Positions 40,233 to 50,066 are shown, counted from the stretch's first letter. The stretch is 53,487 nt of DNA from Armatimonadota bacterium (GCA_043754515.1 JAYUUO010000051.1:1-53487), one strand, 5' to 3'. Made by a program: numbers and translations. Notes: a model not told the origin generated them from the letters alone.

Positions 40233-42908
40233 TCAGCGCGAGAACAGTTCAATCTCCGACAGTTGTGTCATGTTGGAACCGCCGTTCGCCGTGATGGATA
40301 AGACATAGTTCTTATACACGATTGTGTTGCTGAAGGTGAATGTCTTCTTCTGAAACCGGCTGGTGAAGGTCTGACCGGACTGCGAATCGAGGGTTGTCCA
40401 GTTCGTTCCATCGTTCGAGCCTTGCAGTAGCCATGTGCGCGGATCACGTTCGGGCGAGTCATTCGCGGAGGTGATTGTATACTGTTCCACTGCGTACCCG
40501 GCGTTTGCAAACTGATACACGACCCAACAGGAGTTGGTGGCGTTTGGTACTCCCGTGTTATCCAACCATTTCGTGTTTGTGTTATCGTCGAACGCCTTGG
40601 GACCATCCTCGAAGGAATTGATACTTCCTCGCACGTATATGTTGCCGCCACCGGGCGTTGTCGTGCGGTCAATCAGCGCACCGGTCGGCGGTGGCGTGAC
40701 CGTGCCGCCCGCGAACGGTGATAGTTGCGAACCGGGAATCACTTCGCTTGGTGTTACTGTACCTTGCCCCGGTTTCGCCCAACCAACCGCCATGTTATCG
40801 CCGCCGCCGCCCTCTTTGTGTAGGACTTCGACATAATACCTTTGACCGGCGACGAGGGGAATAACGACTGATTTTTGCGTGGCATACTTGTTCCACTCGC
40901 GTGAGTTCGTCCAGTCGGGAACATTGGCGATTCGTACCTTGCTTCCCGGCTGATCGTTTGTCGAGAGCCACAACTCGCAGTTATCGTCTCCGGCAACCCA
41001 GAATGTATAGTTCCCGGTCGTGGGAGCGGTGATATAGCCGCGAACCCGTGTCCCGTAGTTGTCCCCGGCATTGGAAGCGATTTCCAAACTGGTGAGGGTG
41101 TCGGATGTTTGCGGAGTGGTCGTCACAGGAATCTGCGATACCTGCGTTCCCGGAACATTTGTCCACACTTCGCGGCTAATCGCGCCGGAGCCGGTTGCCG
41201 GAGGCGTTGTACCGCCTGCCCATTCGTAGACACCGATGTCGGGTGCACTACCGGAAAACCCGGAGAGAGTGATTCCCGGCGCGATATTCACCGTTCCCGC
41301 GTTGACTACCAAAGACGATGCGGAAGCGGGGGCGTAAAACGGATTGGGCAGTGCGCCGCTCAGGTTCAACCCGGAAGCCGACGCCGAGGCGAGGCTTGCC
41401 GTATTGCCGGGCAGATTATTCGCAAAAACCACATTCGCGGAAGCGTTCGGTGCCGGGTTTATGTCGAAGCCGACCGTGTAGTGCCAAACGCTGTTCGTGA
41501 AATTCGAGTTCCTAATAGCGGCGGTGGGATAGCCCCAGTTCACGATGCGGTCGTTGTTCAAAAACACGTTGTTCTTTGCGTTCAGGTTATTGATGAAGCC
41601 GCCGCCGTCCAGCATATAGCCTTCCGTGAAGCCCCGGAACACGTTATTGTAGATCGCCCAGTTGTTCGCGGTGGTGTTGGTGCTGTTACGAAAAGCCACC
41701 CCGTGCGATGGGTACGGGGTGTTCGGAAACATCCGGCTAAACACGTTGTTGAACACGCGCACGTTGTTCACATCGCTCCGCGTGTCTCCCGCGCTGACCG
41801 CGCCGGGGTCGGTAAGAAGGCCGATCTGGGTGTTCTCGAAGTAGTTGTTGTAAACGTCGCTATCGTTGAACATCAACTCAATACCGGACCCCGACACATT
41901 GCTGGGGAAGTACACATAGTTGTCGTGAAACTTGAGGATCTTATCGTACCCGTTCAGCGACGTAGACCCGACGAACGAAGTCCACTGGGAAAGAACGTTG
42001 TTATCCACTTCGTTCCCGCCGGAGGCATAAAACAGACAGATAGTGTCCTGGGTGGGCTGTTGCTTCCACCCCGTGAACGGCGACACGAAACTGGGGGCGT
42101 ACATCGTGTTGTGGTGGATGCGCGTGCTGCCGACGTAGTTGAGGCGCACGGAGTCGCCCCAGGGCGAGGGGTTGGAGGCACTGGCACCCGGAGCGTCGGA
42201 GTTGTCCATCAGGTTGTGATGGATGGACGAGTCCAGCCACCCGTCCCCGTTTATACAGGGACCTTTCGTCTTAAAAAAGAACGAGTCTTTAACCTCCAGA
42301 TTAGTAACGTCTCCGGCGCGCGTGCCGTCCCCGGTCACCGCCAGCCGCAGGGCGTTCCCCGACAGGTTCCGGAAAGTACAGTTAGCCACCGTGAAGTAGC
42401 TGATCTTGAGGGTACTGAGACCGCCGGTGCCGACATAGTTGTCGCCATCTATGGTCAGGTTGCGGATGCCCCCGGGACTCGTTTCGGCACTGCCCGTCGA
42501 AACGTTGATGCCGAACCCGGGGAAGTCATCGTTCTGATGCGTCAGAATCACCGTCCTTGTGTTATCCGTCGCGGTGTTCTCGCCTTCAATGAAGATGCCA
42601 GGATTGATCCAGACCGCAGCGCGAGTGCCGAAGTTGTTAAGGGACGCGTCAAGGACGTAGGTCCCCGCTTTGAGGTGGATAACGTGTCCCTGTCGCGCGG
42701 GCACTGCCTGCCCCGCCTTGTACAGGGTTTTCCACGGGTTGCTCAAAGAGCCATCGCCCGTGGCGTCGTTCCCGATAGGGTCGAGGTAGTAGGTCGCGGC
42801 ATCCGCGCGGACGGTGACCCCCACAAGTATCGCGCCGGAGGCGATGAGCCCCGCCCACAACGATAAACGCGACATCGCAGTCGCTCGGTTCTTCGTAGAT
42901 CGTAACAT
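40233..42908 (-). CDS. Secreted right-handed beta-helix protein with PA14 and discoidin/CBM32-like domains
   Basis: TYY.DP.GND..GDGS..NPWKT start; Asn-rich beta-helix repeats; PA14 GYITAPTTGNYTFWVAGDD; AFDDNTNTKW...SAND...LSEIEL. Confidence 0.8.
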   Translation of the reverse strand: MLRSTKNRATAMSRLSLWAGLIASGAILVGVTVRADAATYYLDPIGNDATGDGSLSNPWKTLYKAGQAVPARQGHVIHLKAGTYVLDASLNNFGTRAAVWINPGIFIEGENTATDNTRTVILTHQNDDFPGFGINVSTGSAETSPGGIRNLTIDGDNYVGTGGLSTLKISYFTVANCTFRNLSGNALRLAVTGDGTRAGDVTNLEVKDSFFFKTKGPCINGDGWLDSSIHHNLMDNSDAPGASASNPSPWGDSVRLNYVGSTRIHHNTMYAPSFVSPFTGWKQQPTQDTICLFYASGGNEVDNNVLSQWTSFVGSTSLNGYDKILKFHDNYVYFPSNVSGSGIELMFNDSDVYNNYFENTQIGLLTDPGAVSAGDTRSDVNNVRVFNNVFSRMFPNTPYPSHGVAFRNSTNTTANNWAIYNNVFRGFTEGYMLDGGGFINNLNAKNNVFLNNDRIVNWGYPTAAIRNSNFTNSVWHYTVGFDINPAPNASANVVFANNLPGNTASLASASASGLNLSGALPNPFYAPASASSLVVNAGTVNIAPGITLSGFSGSAPDIGVYEWAGGTTPPATGSGAISREVWTNVPGTQVSQIPVTTTPQTSDTLTSLEIASNAGDNYGTRVRGYITAPTTGNYTFWVAGDDNCELWLSTNDQPGSKVRIANVPDWTNSREWNKYATQKSVVIPLVAGQRYYVEVLHKEGGGGDNMAVGWAKPGQGTVTPSEVIPGSQLSPFAGGTVTPPPTGALIDRTTTPGGGNIYVRGSINSFEDGPKAFDDNTNTKWLDNTGVPNATNSCWVVYQFANAGYAVEQYTITSANDSPERDPRTWLLQGSNDGTNWTTLDSQSGQTFTSRFQKKTFTFSNTIVYKNYVLSITANGGSNMTQLSEIELFSR

Positions 42909-43155
42909 GGTAACCTTTCCGCTACCGGGAATACCCGGCAAACGAGCCACAGGGGCTATGTCCAAGAAGCACACGACATGTTGGACTGAGTTGGTTGATG
43001 CGTGACACTGCTTTCGCGCGCTGGCTGTGTGAAGATGGGAATGAACATCGCATCCGCGAGAGCCTGGCGCGGGCGGGCGGGAACGCTGCCACGACCGAAG
43101 GGTGCGTATACGCCTTCGAACGTTCCCGCGCGACACAAGGACTACGACGCCGGTG

Positions 43156-43464
43156 TTAGGGCTTCGTGGGCCTCGACTCCAACTGTTTTTTTATCGCCGC
43201 TTTTTGCTCGGCGGTCATGCTCGGGTTGTCGTCAATAGAGGACATCGCTCTCGCTTTGTTTTCTACGGCGGTCGGCCGCGGTACGCTGGAAACATCCGTC
43301 TCGGTCGCGACGGCCCCTTTCGGCGACTCGGCGGATGTTTCCGTCCTCGCGGTGCATCCCGGCGCGAGAATCACCCCCGCCAGTAGGGTCGCTGTGGCGA
43401 CCCTGCTGGCGGTAGTCACGCGCCATGAAATCACACTGCGGTATTTCACGTCGGTAAGGTTCAT
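43156..43464 (-). CDS. Small lipoprotein downstream of DUF1559 copy 5
   Basis: LLAGVILAPG-C lipobox; C-terminal NPSMTAEQKAAIKKQL. Start uncertain (43464 or 43482). Confidence 0.7.
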   Translation of the reverse strand: MNLTDVKYRSVISWRVTTASRVATATLLAGVILAPGCTARTETSAESPKGAVATETDVSSVPRPTAVENKARAMSSIDDNPSMTAEQKAAIKKQLESRPTKP

Positions 43465-43474
43465 CGGTGTTGCC

Positions 43475-44380
43475 TTAATCACCCGTTCCGAGCGTCCAAT
43501 AACCGCCGTCAGGCCATCGGGAGTAAATGCCTCTTTTGCCCATCGTGCCTTCGGGGCGTAGCCACTTCACGTGCCCGTCGGCGAACGCGTAGTTCCATCC
43601 CCCGTTATGGGCGGGCTTTACCGATTTGTAGCAAGCATCGAACTGCGTCTGCGACCCGCCCCAGAAAATACTGTCGCATGCGTCGCCGCTGTTAGGGTGT
43701 TGGTTGTATTGACCGAGCAACCCATAGTTGACGCCCTTCTGCGGCTCCATAACTATGTTGGTATCGTTGTGTGCTTCCACGATCATGAACAGTTCGCTCG
43801 GTGCCGGGATGGATGCTATTGTTCGCGGTTCGGCCAGGAAGATGGGCAGGAACCCTTTCGCCGGGTCGTTCGGGTCATTGTAAGCGGGACCCCAGGCCGT
43901 CGTGCCAGAAAGGGCGTACGAGCGCGTCGCTATCGGCCCCGTTAGAGTGATCATTCCTTCCCCTGCGGCACCGGCGTCGACCACCGTCTTGCGTTCTATC
44001 GTGTCGCTCGGACAGGCATAAACTCCGGCGGCCCCTTTGCCCATATTCGCGGTGAGGGTGCCGCCCTTCTGCCCCATGCTCGTGTAGGGGTTGATCATGG
44101 TGTCCCACGAGATCCTGTTGTCTATCTGGCCCATCACGTAGCACTCGTCGTAGTCCTGCGCGTACGCCATCATGCCCAGCCCGAGCTGCTTCATATTAGA
44201 CAGGCACGCGGCCGACCGCGCCTTCTCCCTGGCCTGGGCGAAGACGGGAAATAGGATCGCGGCGAGGATGGCGATGATCGCGATTACCACGAGCAACTCG
44301 ATTAGTGTGAACGCCCCAGATTTGCGCCCGGTGTAACCGGAGTTCTTCCGAACGATAGAACGATTGGTGTTTTCAGTCAT
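43475..44380 (-). CDS. Prepilin-type N-methylation / DUF1559 protein (copy 5)
   Basis: [36 protein letters not shown]. Confidence 0.9.
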   Translation of the reverse strand: MTENTNRSIVRKNSGYTGRKSGAFTLIELLVVIAIIAILAAILFPVFAQAREKARSAACLSNMKQLGLGMMAYAQDYDECYVMGQIDNRISWDTMINPYTSMGQKGGTLTANMGKGAAGVYACPSDTIERKTVVDAGAAGEGMITLTGPIATRSYALSGTTAWGPAYNDPNDPAKGFLPIFLAEPRTIASIPAPSELFMIVEAHNDTNIVMEPQKGVNYGLLGQYNQHPNSGDACDSIFWGGSQTQFDACYKSVKPAHNGGWNYAFADGHVKWLRPEGTMGKRGIYSRWPDGGYWTLGTGD

Positions 44381-44516
44381 CTATTTTCCTTTCGGCACGC
44401 CCCCGATGGGTCCGTGCTGCGGCATCAATGCCATGACGCTTCCTGCGTCGGTGTGCTTTCTACACACACATTCCGCGCGGCGACCGGAGCCGCCGCGCAA
44501 CATATCGGCGTGGGCG

Positions 44517-45665
44517 TCACTCCAGCAGGAGCGATACGACATCCGGCATGCGCACCGCCCAACCCGCTTCCGAGGTGATACGCGGTAACAATACCATAGG
44601 GATCCGTCGCAGGATCGGCGTCGGATCTTTGATTTTCCCGAGCCAACGCTCCCAGAGAATGTCCGCCGCCACCGCCCCGACCTTGTCGAGCGGGCGATGT
44701 AGCGAAGTCAGTATCTGTCCCTTCGCGTTAGGCAGGTTGTCATAGCCGACCAGTGCGGGCCATCGCTCGACCGGCACGCCCAGTTCGTGAAGCATTCTTA
44801 CGTAAGCGATAGCGGCGTCGTCATTGGCGGCGACAACCGCCGTGATGTCGGGGCGCATCGCCATGTGCCGCGCCGCGCTCGCCGCCGCGTTCGTTAACGA
44901 CCAGAGGCAGTCCAACTCCTCCGGTGGTGCCTGCGCCTCGTCCGGGTGGAAAGCAAGGCCGTCGGCAGGAAACCCCGCGTCTTCCAGCGCGGATCGCCAT
45001 CCCGCCTCACGACGCTCCGACCAAGCCGTGTGTCCCGGCGCGGGACGACCCGCCGCGTGAACACCCAGAAACGCGATGCGACGGTGCCCCAACCGTAGTA
45101 GGTGTGAGGTGGCCTGTTGCCCGCCGTCCACGTCGTCTACGCCGACACCATCCATGAAATCGGGGTCCTCCATGTATCCGAAATGACCGACACGCGCCAC
45201 TTCGCGTCGCCGAGGCCCCCACGGCAGATCATCCGCTACCCCTTTGGTACAGTCCCAAACCCCCGCGAGAGACGGGAGCGCGTAAACCCGGTTCCGGACA
45301 CGAATCTCATCGAGCGAAAGACTCAAACTCGCCCCGCCCAGAACCGCGATTCGTTGCGCAAACCCGACATCGAGAGGGTCACTTATTCCGTGACTCGCAT
45401 ATGTCACCAACAAAAAAAAGTCGCTCGTCTTCGTCGGCGGCGTGCCGATGAACGTACCCGACCCCGGCACGCTATACAGCAGGCCTTCCTCGACAAGGCG
45501 TTGCACTTCCTGGTGCGCCACCTGATTCGACAAGCCGAACCGGACGGCCAACTCGCGGACCGACGGGACCAACATCCCGGCGCGGAGTATCCCTTTCTTG
45601 TGCGACACCCGGATGTCATTCCGGAGCGCGTCACAGCGTTCTCTCACTTCTTTGCGGGTAGCCAT
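44517..45665 (-). CDS. GntR-HTH / LacI-type sugar-binding regulator (AraR-like architecture)
   Basis: PSVRELA...LVEEGLLYSVPGSGTFI; LGHRRIAF; VGYDN. Confidence 0.9.
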   Translation of the reverse strand: MATRKEVRERCDALRNDIRVSHKKGILRAGMLVPSVRELAVRFGLSNQVAHQEVQRLVEEGLLYSVPGSGTFIGTPPTKTSDFFLLVTYASHGISDPLDVGFAQRIAVLGGASLSLSLDEIRVRNRVYALPSLAGVWDCTKGVADDLPWGPRRREVARVGHFGYMEDPDFMDGVGVDDVDGGQQATSHLLRLGHRRIAFLGVHAAGRPAPGHTAWSERREAGWRSALEDAGFPADGLAFHPDEAQAPPEELDCLWSLTNAAASAARHMAMRPDITAVVAANDDAAIAYVRMLHELGVPVERWPALVGYDNLPNAKGQILTSLHRPLDKVGAVAADILWERWLGKIKDPTPILRRIPMVLLPRITSEAGWAVRMPDVVSLLLE

Positions 45666-45695
45666 AGTGGTTAGTCAACTTCAGCGTAAAAAAAT

Positions 45696-45712
45696 ACACT
45701 TTCAGTACAGTT
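45696..45712. promoter_or_regulatory. Putative operator, repeated at 50050-50066
   Basis: ACACTTTCAGTACAGTT versus ACACTTTCAGTACGGTT (16/17 identical). Confidence 0.55.
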
Positions 45713-45844
45713 ATATATGAAGTATAACACAGTATCCGGCCTGCCGCAAGTCCATTCGCCATTATTTTTCACGCGCCCGCTTCGTGAAATTTACCGCCCA
45801 TATGGGCATTCCTCCCAGGGACAATCCGTTCCCGCGCGTCGCGG

Positions 45845-47893
45845 CTATTCCCCGAATACTATAACGGCGTAGGCATCCACCCGCGGCACGATGACGGATA
45901 CTACCGCGCCCGCGACGGTGAACGATAACGCTTCTCCCGAAAGAGCAACGAACACACGGCCTGTCGGCTCATCGCGACGCAACGCCACCACGACATCGCG
46001 CAAGGGGACCGGTGCATCGAGTATTTCGATATGACACGTCGGGCGGCGTTGCGGGCTGTAGTTGACGATGTAAACGATGTGTCGCCCCGTTTCCGCTTGA
46101 TGCAACACCGTCACCTCCGCCTGCGGGGGCGCGTTGGTTACAAGGATGGGAGACGGGTACAGGGCGGCGAGACACCCCCGCACTATCGAGCGCAATGTCA
46201 GCGCGCCATGGCGTTGGTACGACGCGAAGAACGCCCCATACAGATATATGACGTTGTCGTGCCGCATGATCGCCGGGTAATCACCCGCCGCGTCGTCGCC
46301 CGCGAGCGGCGGCGTAAAGCCGTGCGAGCAGAATTGTTCCGGGGCGCGGTCGAAATAGGTGCCGCGCGCCACGCCTAAAACACGGGTCCCGGCGCGGGGC
46401 GATACGTGGCAGGCGGGTCCTTCGTACAGCGAATACCAGAAGCTCGCCCGCGCCACCGTGCTTTGCAAGGCGGCGTCCGTGACCGTGAAATAGTCCGGGT
46501 TACTCCGCGCCGCGCCGATGTAGTCGAGTCCCATCTCGTCTGCGAGCGCGAAGTTCCCGCCGTCCAGTAACGCCCTGTGCGAAAGAAGGATTTTCCCGCC
46601 GTTTCGCACGTAGCGGCGCAGTCGTGCAACCGTCTCCGGCCCCGAGATCGCGTGGTCGGGTATCACGAGAAGGGCGTACCGGGAGAAATCGTCGCACGTC
46701 CGGTCGGAAACGACGTCGAACTGCGCGTGACACTCCAAAAGCATCCGCGCCGCGCCCTCCACCGCGTCCGACGTTTCCGATACCATGCCCGCCACGGATT
46801 GGTTCGCCTTGTCCGCGTCCGGGCTGAGCAGAAGAAGCGCGACATCCGCGACCGCTTTCGCCCCGATTAGAAACGGCTCCAGTGCCTCGATCTCAGCGAA
46901 CACTTCGCCGATGACCGCGTAGACCGGCCGGCTGAGTCGTCCGGACGGGTGCAACTGATCGCCGATCGACACCGCGCCGCCGTTCGCGAGAATGCCGCCG
47001 CACTCGAAGCGCAGGGCGTCGGGATGCTTCAGACCGCCCCAGTCCGCCCACGAGCGGTGAAACCGCCCGGTCATCCCGAGCATCGGCAGGTCGAAATGCC
47101 GCCCGTAGCGCGACCAGAGCGGATAGAAACCGTATCCCCAGCCCCCGGTCGGGAGTGATTCGATCTCGACCTGCGTATAATACTCGCTTTCATCGGCGAA
47201 ATGCGCCCCCCAACGCGAGTTGAAGAAAATCGAGGCATCCGGCAGGCGGGAGCGGATCAGATCGCTCGCCCTCTTCAAAAATCGCCGCGCCGTGACATTG
47301 TTGTTGCTCTTGCGGTGCGCGGGATTGAGCGGGTCCAAGCCCCCGGCGCGTAACTGCTTCAGGCAAGACGGGCAGACGCAGGCGTCCTCGTGGTACATCA
47401 CGATGTCGTAGAAAAAGCCGTCACACTCGCTACCGTAACGGTCAATGATCTCCTCGGTCTGCGCGAGCAACTCGTCGGCATACGCACCACCGCCCGCCCC
47501 GACGCAAAGCCACGGCCACCCGGCTGCCGTGATATTACCGCCGACAATCCTGCCGTCGAACGTGCGCTGGAACCATTCCGGGTGACGTCTGGCGGCGGAC
47601 ACATTCCACGCCACGGTCAGGTAAATAGGGCAGCGAATCCCGACCCCGTGCATCGCCCCGATCTGCGCGCCGAGCAGATCAAACGTCAATGACGGGTGCA
47701 TCGGCGCGACATGACTGGGGTAGTAGTACATCCCGTGATGGCACATGGCGAACGTCGTCACGGAGCTGACGTGTGCCGCCTGAAGCGTCGCGGCGAACGC
47801 GGCGGCGTCGAATTCCGCGCCGACGCCGGGAATATCTGGGCTGGTGTGAAAATCCAGATGTATCTGGCGCATAGGGAAAAGAGCACTGTCCAT
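45845..47893 (-). CDS. GH151-like alpha-L-fucosidase with beta-galactosidase trimerization domain
   Basis: RQIHLDFHTS, FAMCHHG, DGFFYD, EIESLPTGGWGY, GMTGRFHRSWADWGG, IGDQLHP. Confidence 0.8.
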   Translation of the reverse strand: MDSALFPMRQIHLDFHTSPDIPGVGAEFDAAAFAATLQAAHVSSVTTFAMCHHGMYYYPSHVAPMHPSLTFDLLGAQIGAMHGVGIRCPIYLTVAWNVSAARRHPEWFQRTFDGRIVGGNITAAGWPWLCVGAGGGAYADELLAQTEEIIDRYGSECDGFFYDIVMYHEDACVCPSCLKQLRAGGLDPLNPAHRKSNNNVTARRFLKRASDLIRSRLPDASIFFNSRWGAHFADESEYYTQVEIESLPTGGWGYGFYPLWSRYGRHFDLPMLGMTGRFHRSWADWGGLKHPDALRFECGGILANGGAVSIGDQLHPSGRLSRPVYAVIGEVFAEIEALEPFLIGAKAVADVALLLLSPDADKANQSVAGMVSETSDAVEGAARMLLECHAQFDVVSDRTCDDFSRYALLVIPDHAISGPETVARLRRYVRNGGKILLSHRALLDGGNFALADEMGLDYIGAARSNPDYFTVTDAALQSTVARASFWYSLYEGPACHVSPRAGTRVLGVARGTYFDRAPEQFCSHGFTPPLAGDDAAGDYPAIMRHDNVIYLYGAFFASYQRHGALTLRSIVRGCLAALYPSPILVTNAPPQAEVTVLHQAETGRHIVYIVNYSPQRRPTCHIEILDAPVPLRDVVVALRRDEPTGRVFVALSGEALSFTVAGAVVSVIVPRVDAYAVIVFGE

Positions 47894-47932
47894 GAGAAAT
47901 GATCCTTACGGAGGCGGAGTTAGAATGTCACT

Positions 47933-49981
47933 TTACGTAGGCAGGAACGGCGGGCAGGCGATCCCGGTCAGCAGTCCGAACGCGGCGGCGAGTCCGGCGA
48001 AAACCGCCTCGCCGACGATCAGGCCCAAAAAGAAAGGCGTGGCTTGGCCGTAGCCTTTCGCCCCGCCCCACCGCAGAACAAGCGATTTGGAGAGCCAGCC
48101 TAGAAACACGGAAAAGAAAAAGCGGTCCATGGCATAGGTCCCAGCGAGCGCGAGTCCGATGGGGGCGAGCGGCCAGCCTAAGAAGTTAGAGCGCAACACG
48201 CCGAGTAGCACGGTTAAGCCCGCGCCGACACCCGCCCAGCCGAGAACCCCCGGTGCGCCGCCCCTGCCCCCGCCGGGGGCGAGTGCCTGCCCGTAACTCG
48301 CCGCGGTACGCAAACCGTAACCGCTGCCGAGGCCGCTCCACGAGTCCAGACTGACTTCGCCATACTTGTAGGCGAGCGACAGGTTTGCCGCGCCCCCGAC
48401 CAGATAGCCCACGAGCATCGCGAGGGCCGCCCCGATGGCGAAGTAGACGGGGAGGATGCGGTGCCGCCCGTCGCCCTCTCCCGCGGAGTTCGCCAGCGAG
48501 AACCCGTTCGTGAGCGCGGGGATCGGATGCTCGCGCACGTCGCCCGCCAGCACGAAATTCGCGAGATGCGCCGTCCCGACCGCGTCGTGAGGAATGCCCA
48601 ATCCGCCCAGTGCCCGCTGGGCGTCCAGCAGACCGAACGGGATCATGAGGAACAGCATGCCGGACTCCGCCATGATGCGTGACAGCACGAAAACGACCAC
48701 GGCGATGGAGACCGTGATGGCTACCCCGCCGCCGAGCGGCGGAAGTCCCGCCGCCCATAGCCAAGCGACCAGCCCGAAAAATCCCGACCCGGTGAGCAGA
48801 AACGCGGCTCTGTACGGCATCACCTCGCCACTTTCGGTGTCGTCCTCCGCAGCGAGGGGTGTCCGATGCCGGGTTCCCGCCGCTTTACCCGCGAACGCGG
48901 TGAGCCACGCGGCGCGCAGATGATGACGCGCTCCCCAAAGCAGTGTCGCCGTCCACGCGAAAAAGACCCCGATACCCACCGCGCCCTCCTGGTTCACGGG
49001 TCCCGGCATGATCGGTTCGAAACCTACGGCGACCCGTAACACGCGAAACAGATGAAACAGCAGATACATAAACCACAGCGAGAACGCGATGTCCGACGGC
49101 AACAAGAATACCGCGCCGATAGCGGCGAAGAAAATCTCCAGCGAACCGATCCCTACCGCGTTCCACGGCGGACCGGGCGGACTGCCGATCGCGATCACCG
49201 TGGGGGCGTCGGGGAGTGAAGGGTATAAGACATGCGCCGTACCGAAGGCGTGATGTACCAGAACCACGGCGACGCCGAAGGAGAGGGCGGCACGGGCTCT
49301 CCCTTTTTTATCCCCCGTCATCGGCTCCATATGCTCGGCGAGCACCATCGGGATCCGCGCGAGCGGGTACGAAAGTCGCTCAGCTTCCTGCCACCGTTTT
49401 CGCAGCAGGGACGACATGCCGATTCCGAACGCCGCGAGGCATCCGAAGCCCGAACCCCACCCCAGGAGCACGGGAAGCCACGCGAGCCACGGCACGGAAC
49501 CGTCCGCGGAACCGTTCCAGTAACGCAGCATGTTGGGATCGCTCGGGTCACGCGACAGAAGGAACCACGAGGGGGCACCGGCGAAAATAGCCAATGCGGA
49601 GCCGTCCCCCAGGCCGGCGAAATAAGCGGGCGCGGCGGCGGCGGGCGCGAGCATACGCCACAGACCGGAGCCGGCAAGACACGCCCCCGCCGTCCACATC
49701 GCCCATATAAGGAGCAGTTCGACGCTCGTCAGCGCAAGCCGCGGCGTGAACCGCCGCAAAAGAGGGTTGACCAGTCGGCCCAGAACAAGCCAGAGGAATA
49801 AGGCCCCGACGGGGAGGTGGTTGCCGTAAAGGAATGTGCCTTTCAGATAAAAGTTATTATAGGGAGTTACCGCGCAGAGTAGGGCGACGCCGATAAGCCC
49901 GATAGCGAGGGGTTTCACAGCACTACGGAACGGGGTGCGATCCCCTCGATCGTGAGCGGAGAATGTCTTCTGATTCATCAT
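47933..49981 (-). CDS. DUF6785/DUF6784-type polytopic membrane protein (putative transporter)
   Basis: Many TM helices; PW.AW..., ERLSYPL, F..WPL.PIG, RWGG..GY...PFFLGLIVGE. Confidence 0.7.
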   Translation of the reverse strand: MMNQKTFSAHDRGDRTPFRSAVKPLAIGLIGVALLCAVTPYNNFYLKGTFLYGNHLPVGALFLWLVLGRLVNPLLRRFTPRLALTSVELLLIWAMWTAGACLAGSGLWRMLAPAAAAPAYFAGLGDGSALAIFAGAPSWFLLSRDPSDPNMLRYWNGSADGSVPWLAWLPVLLGWGSGFGCLAAFGIGMSSLLRKRWQEAERLSYPLARIPMVLAEHMEPMTGDKKGRARAALSFGVAVVLVHHAFGTAHVLYPSLPDAPTVIAIGSPPGPPWNAVGIGSLEIFFAAIGAVFLLPSDIAFSLWFMYLLFHLFRVLRVAVGFEPIMPGPVNQEGAVGIGVFFAWTATLLWGARHHLRAAWLTAFAGKAAGTRHRTPLAAEDDTESGEVMPYRAAFLLTGSGFFGLVAWLWAAGLPPLGGGVAITVSIAVVVFVLSRIMAESGMLFLMIPFGLLDAQRALGGLGIPHDAVGTAHLANFVLAGDVREHPIPALTNGFSLANSAGEGDGRHRILPVYFAIGAALAMLVGYLVGGAANLSLAYKYGEVSLDSWSGLGSGYGLRTAASYGQALAPGGGRGGAPGVLGWAGVGAGLTVLLGVLRSNFLGWPLAPIGLALAGTYAMDRFFFSVFLGWLSKSLVLRWGGAKGYGQATPFFLGLIVGEAVFAGLAAAFGLLTGIACPPFLPT

Positions 49982-50049
49982 TATTTACCGTCGGCCGCTT
50001 GAGGGAATCGCCTTGCGGCGTCAGTTGGCAAGATGGTATCATGTAAAAG

Positions 50050-50066
50050 ACACTTTCAGTACGGTT
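50050..50066. promoter_or_regulatory. Putative operator in a divergent promoter region
   Basis: Matches 45696-45712. Confidence 0.55.

Noticed and set aside
41109..42866. 585-aa plus-strand ORF
   Set aside because: Antisense shadow of the beta-helix gene; no motifs.
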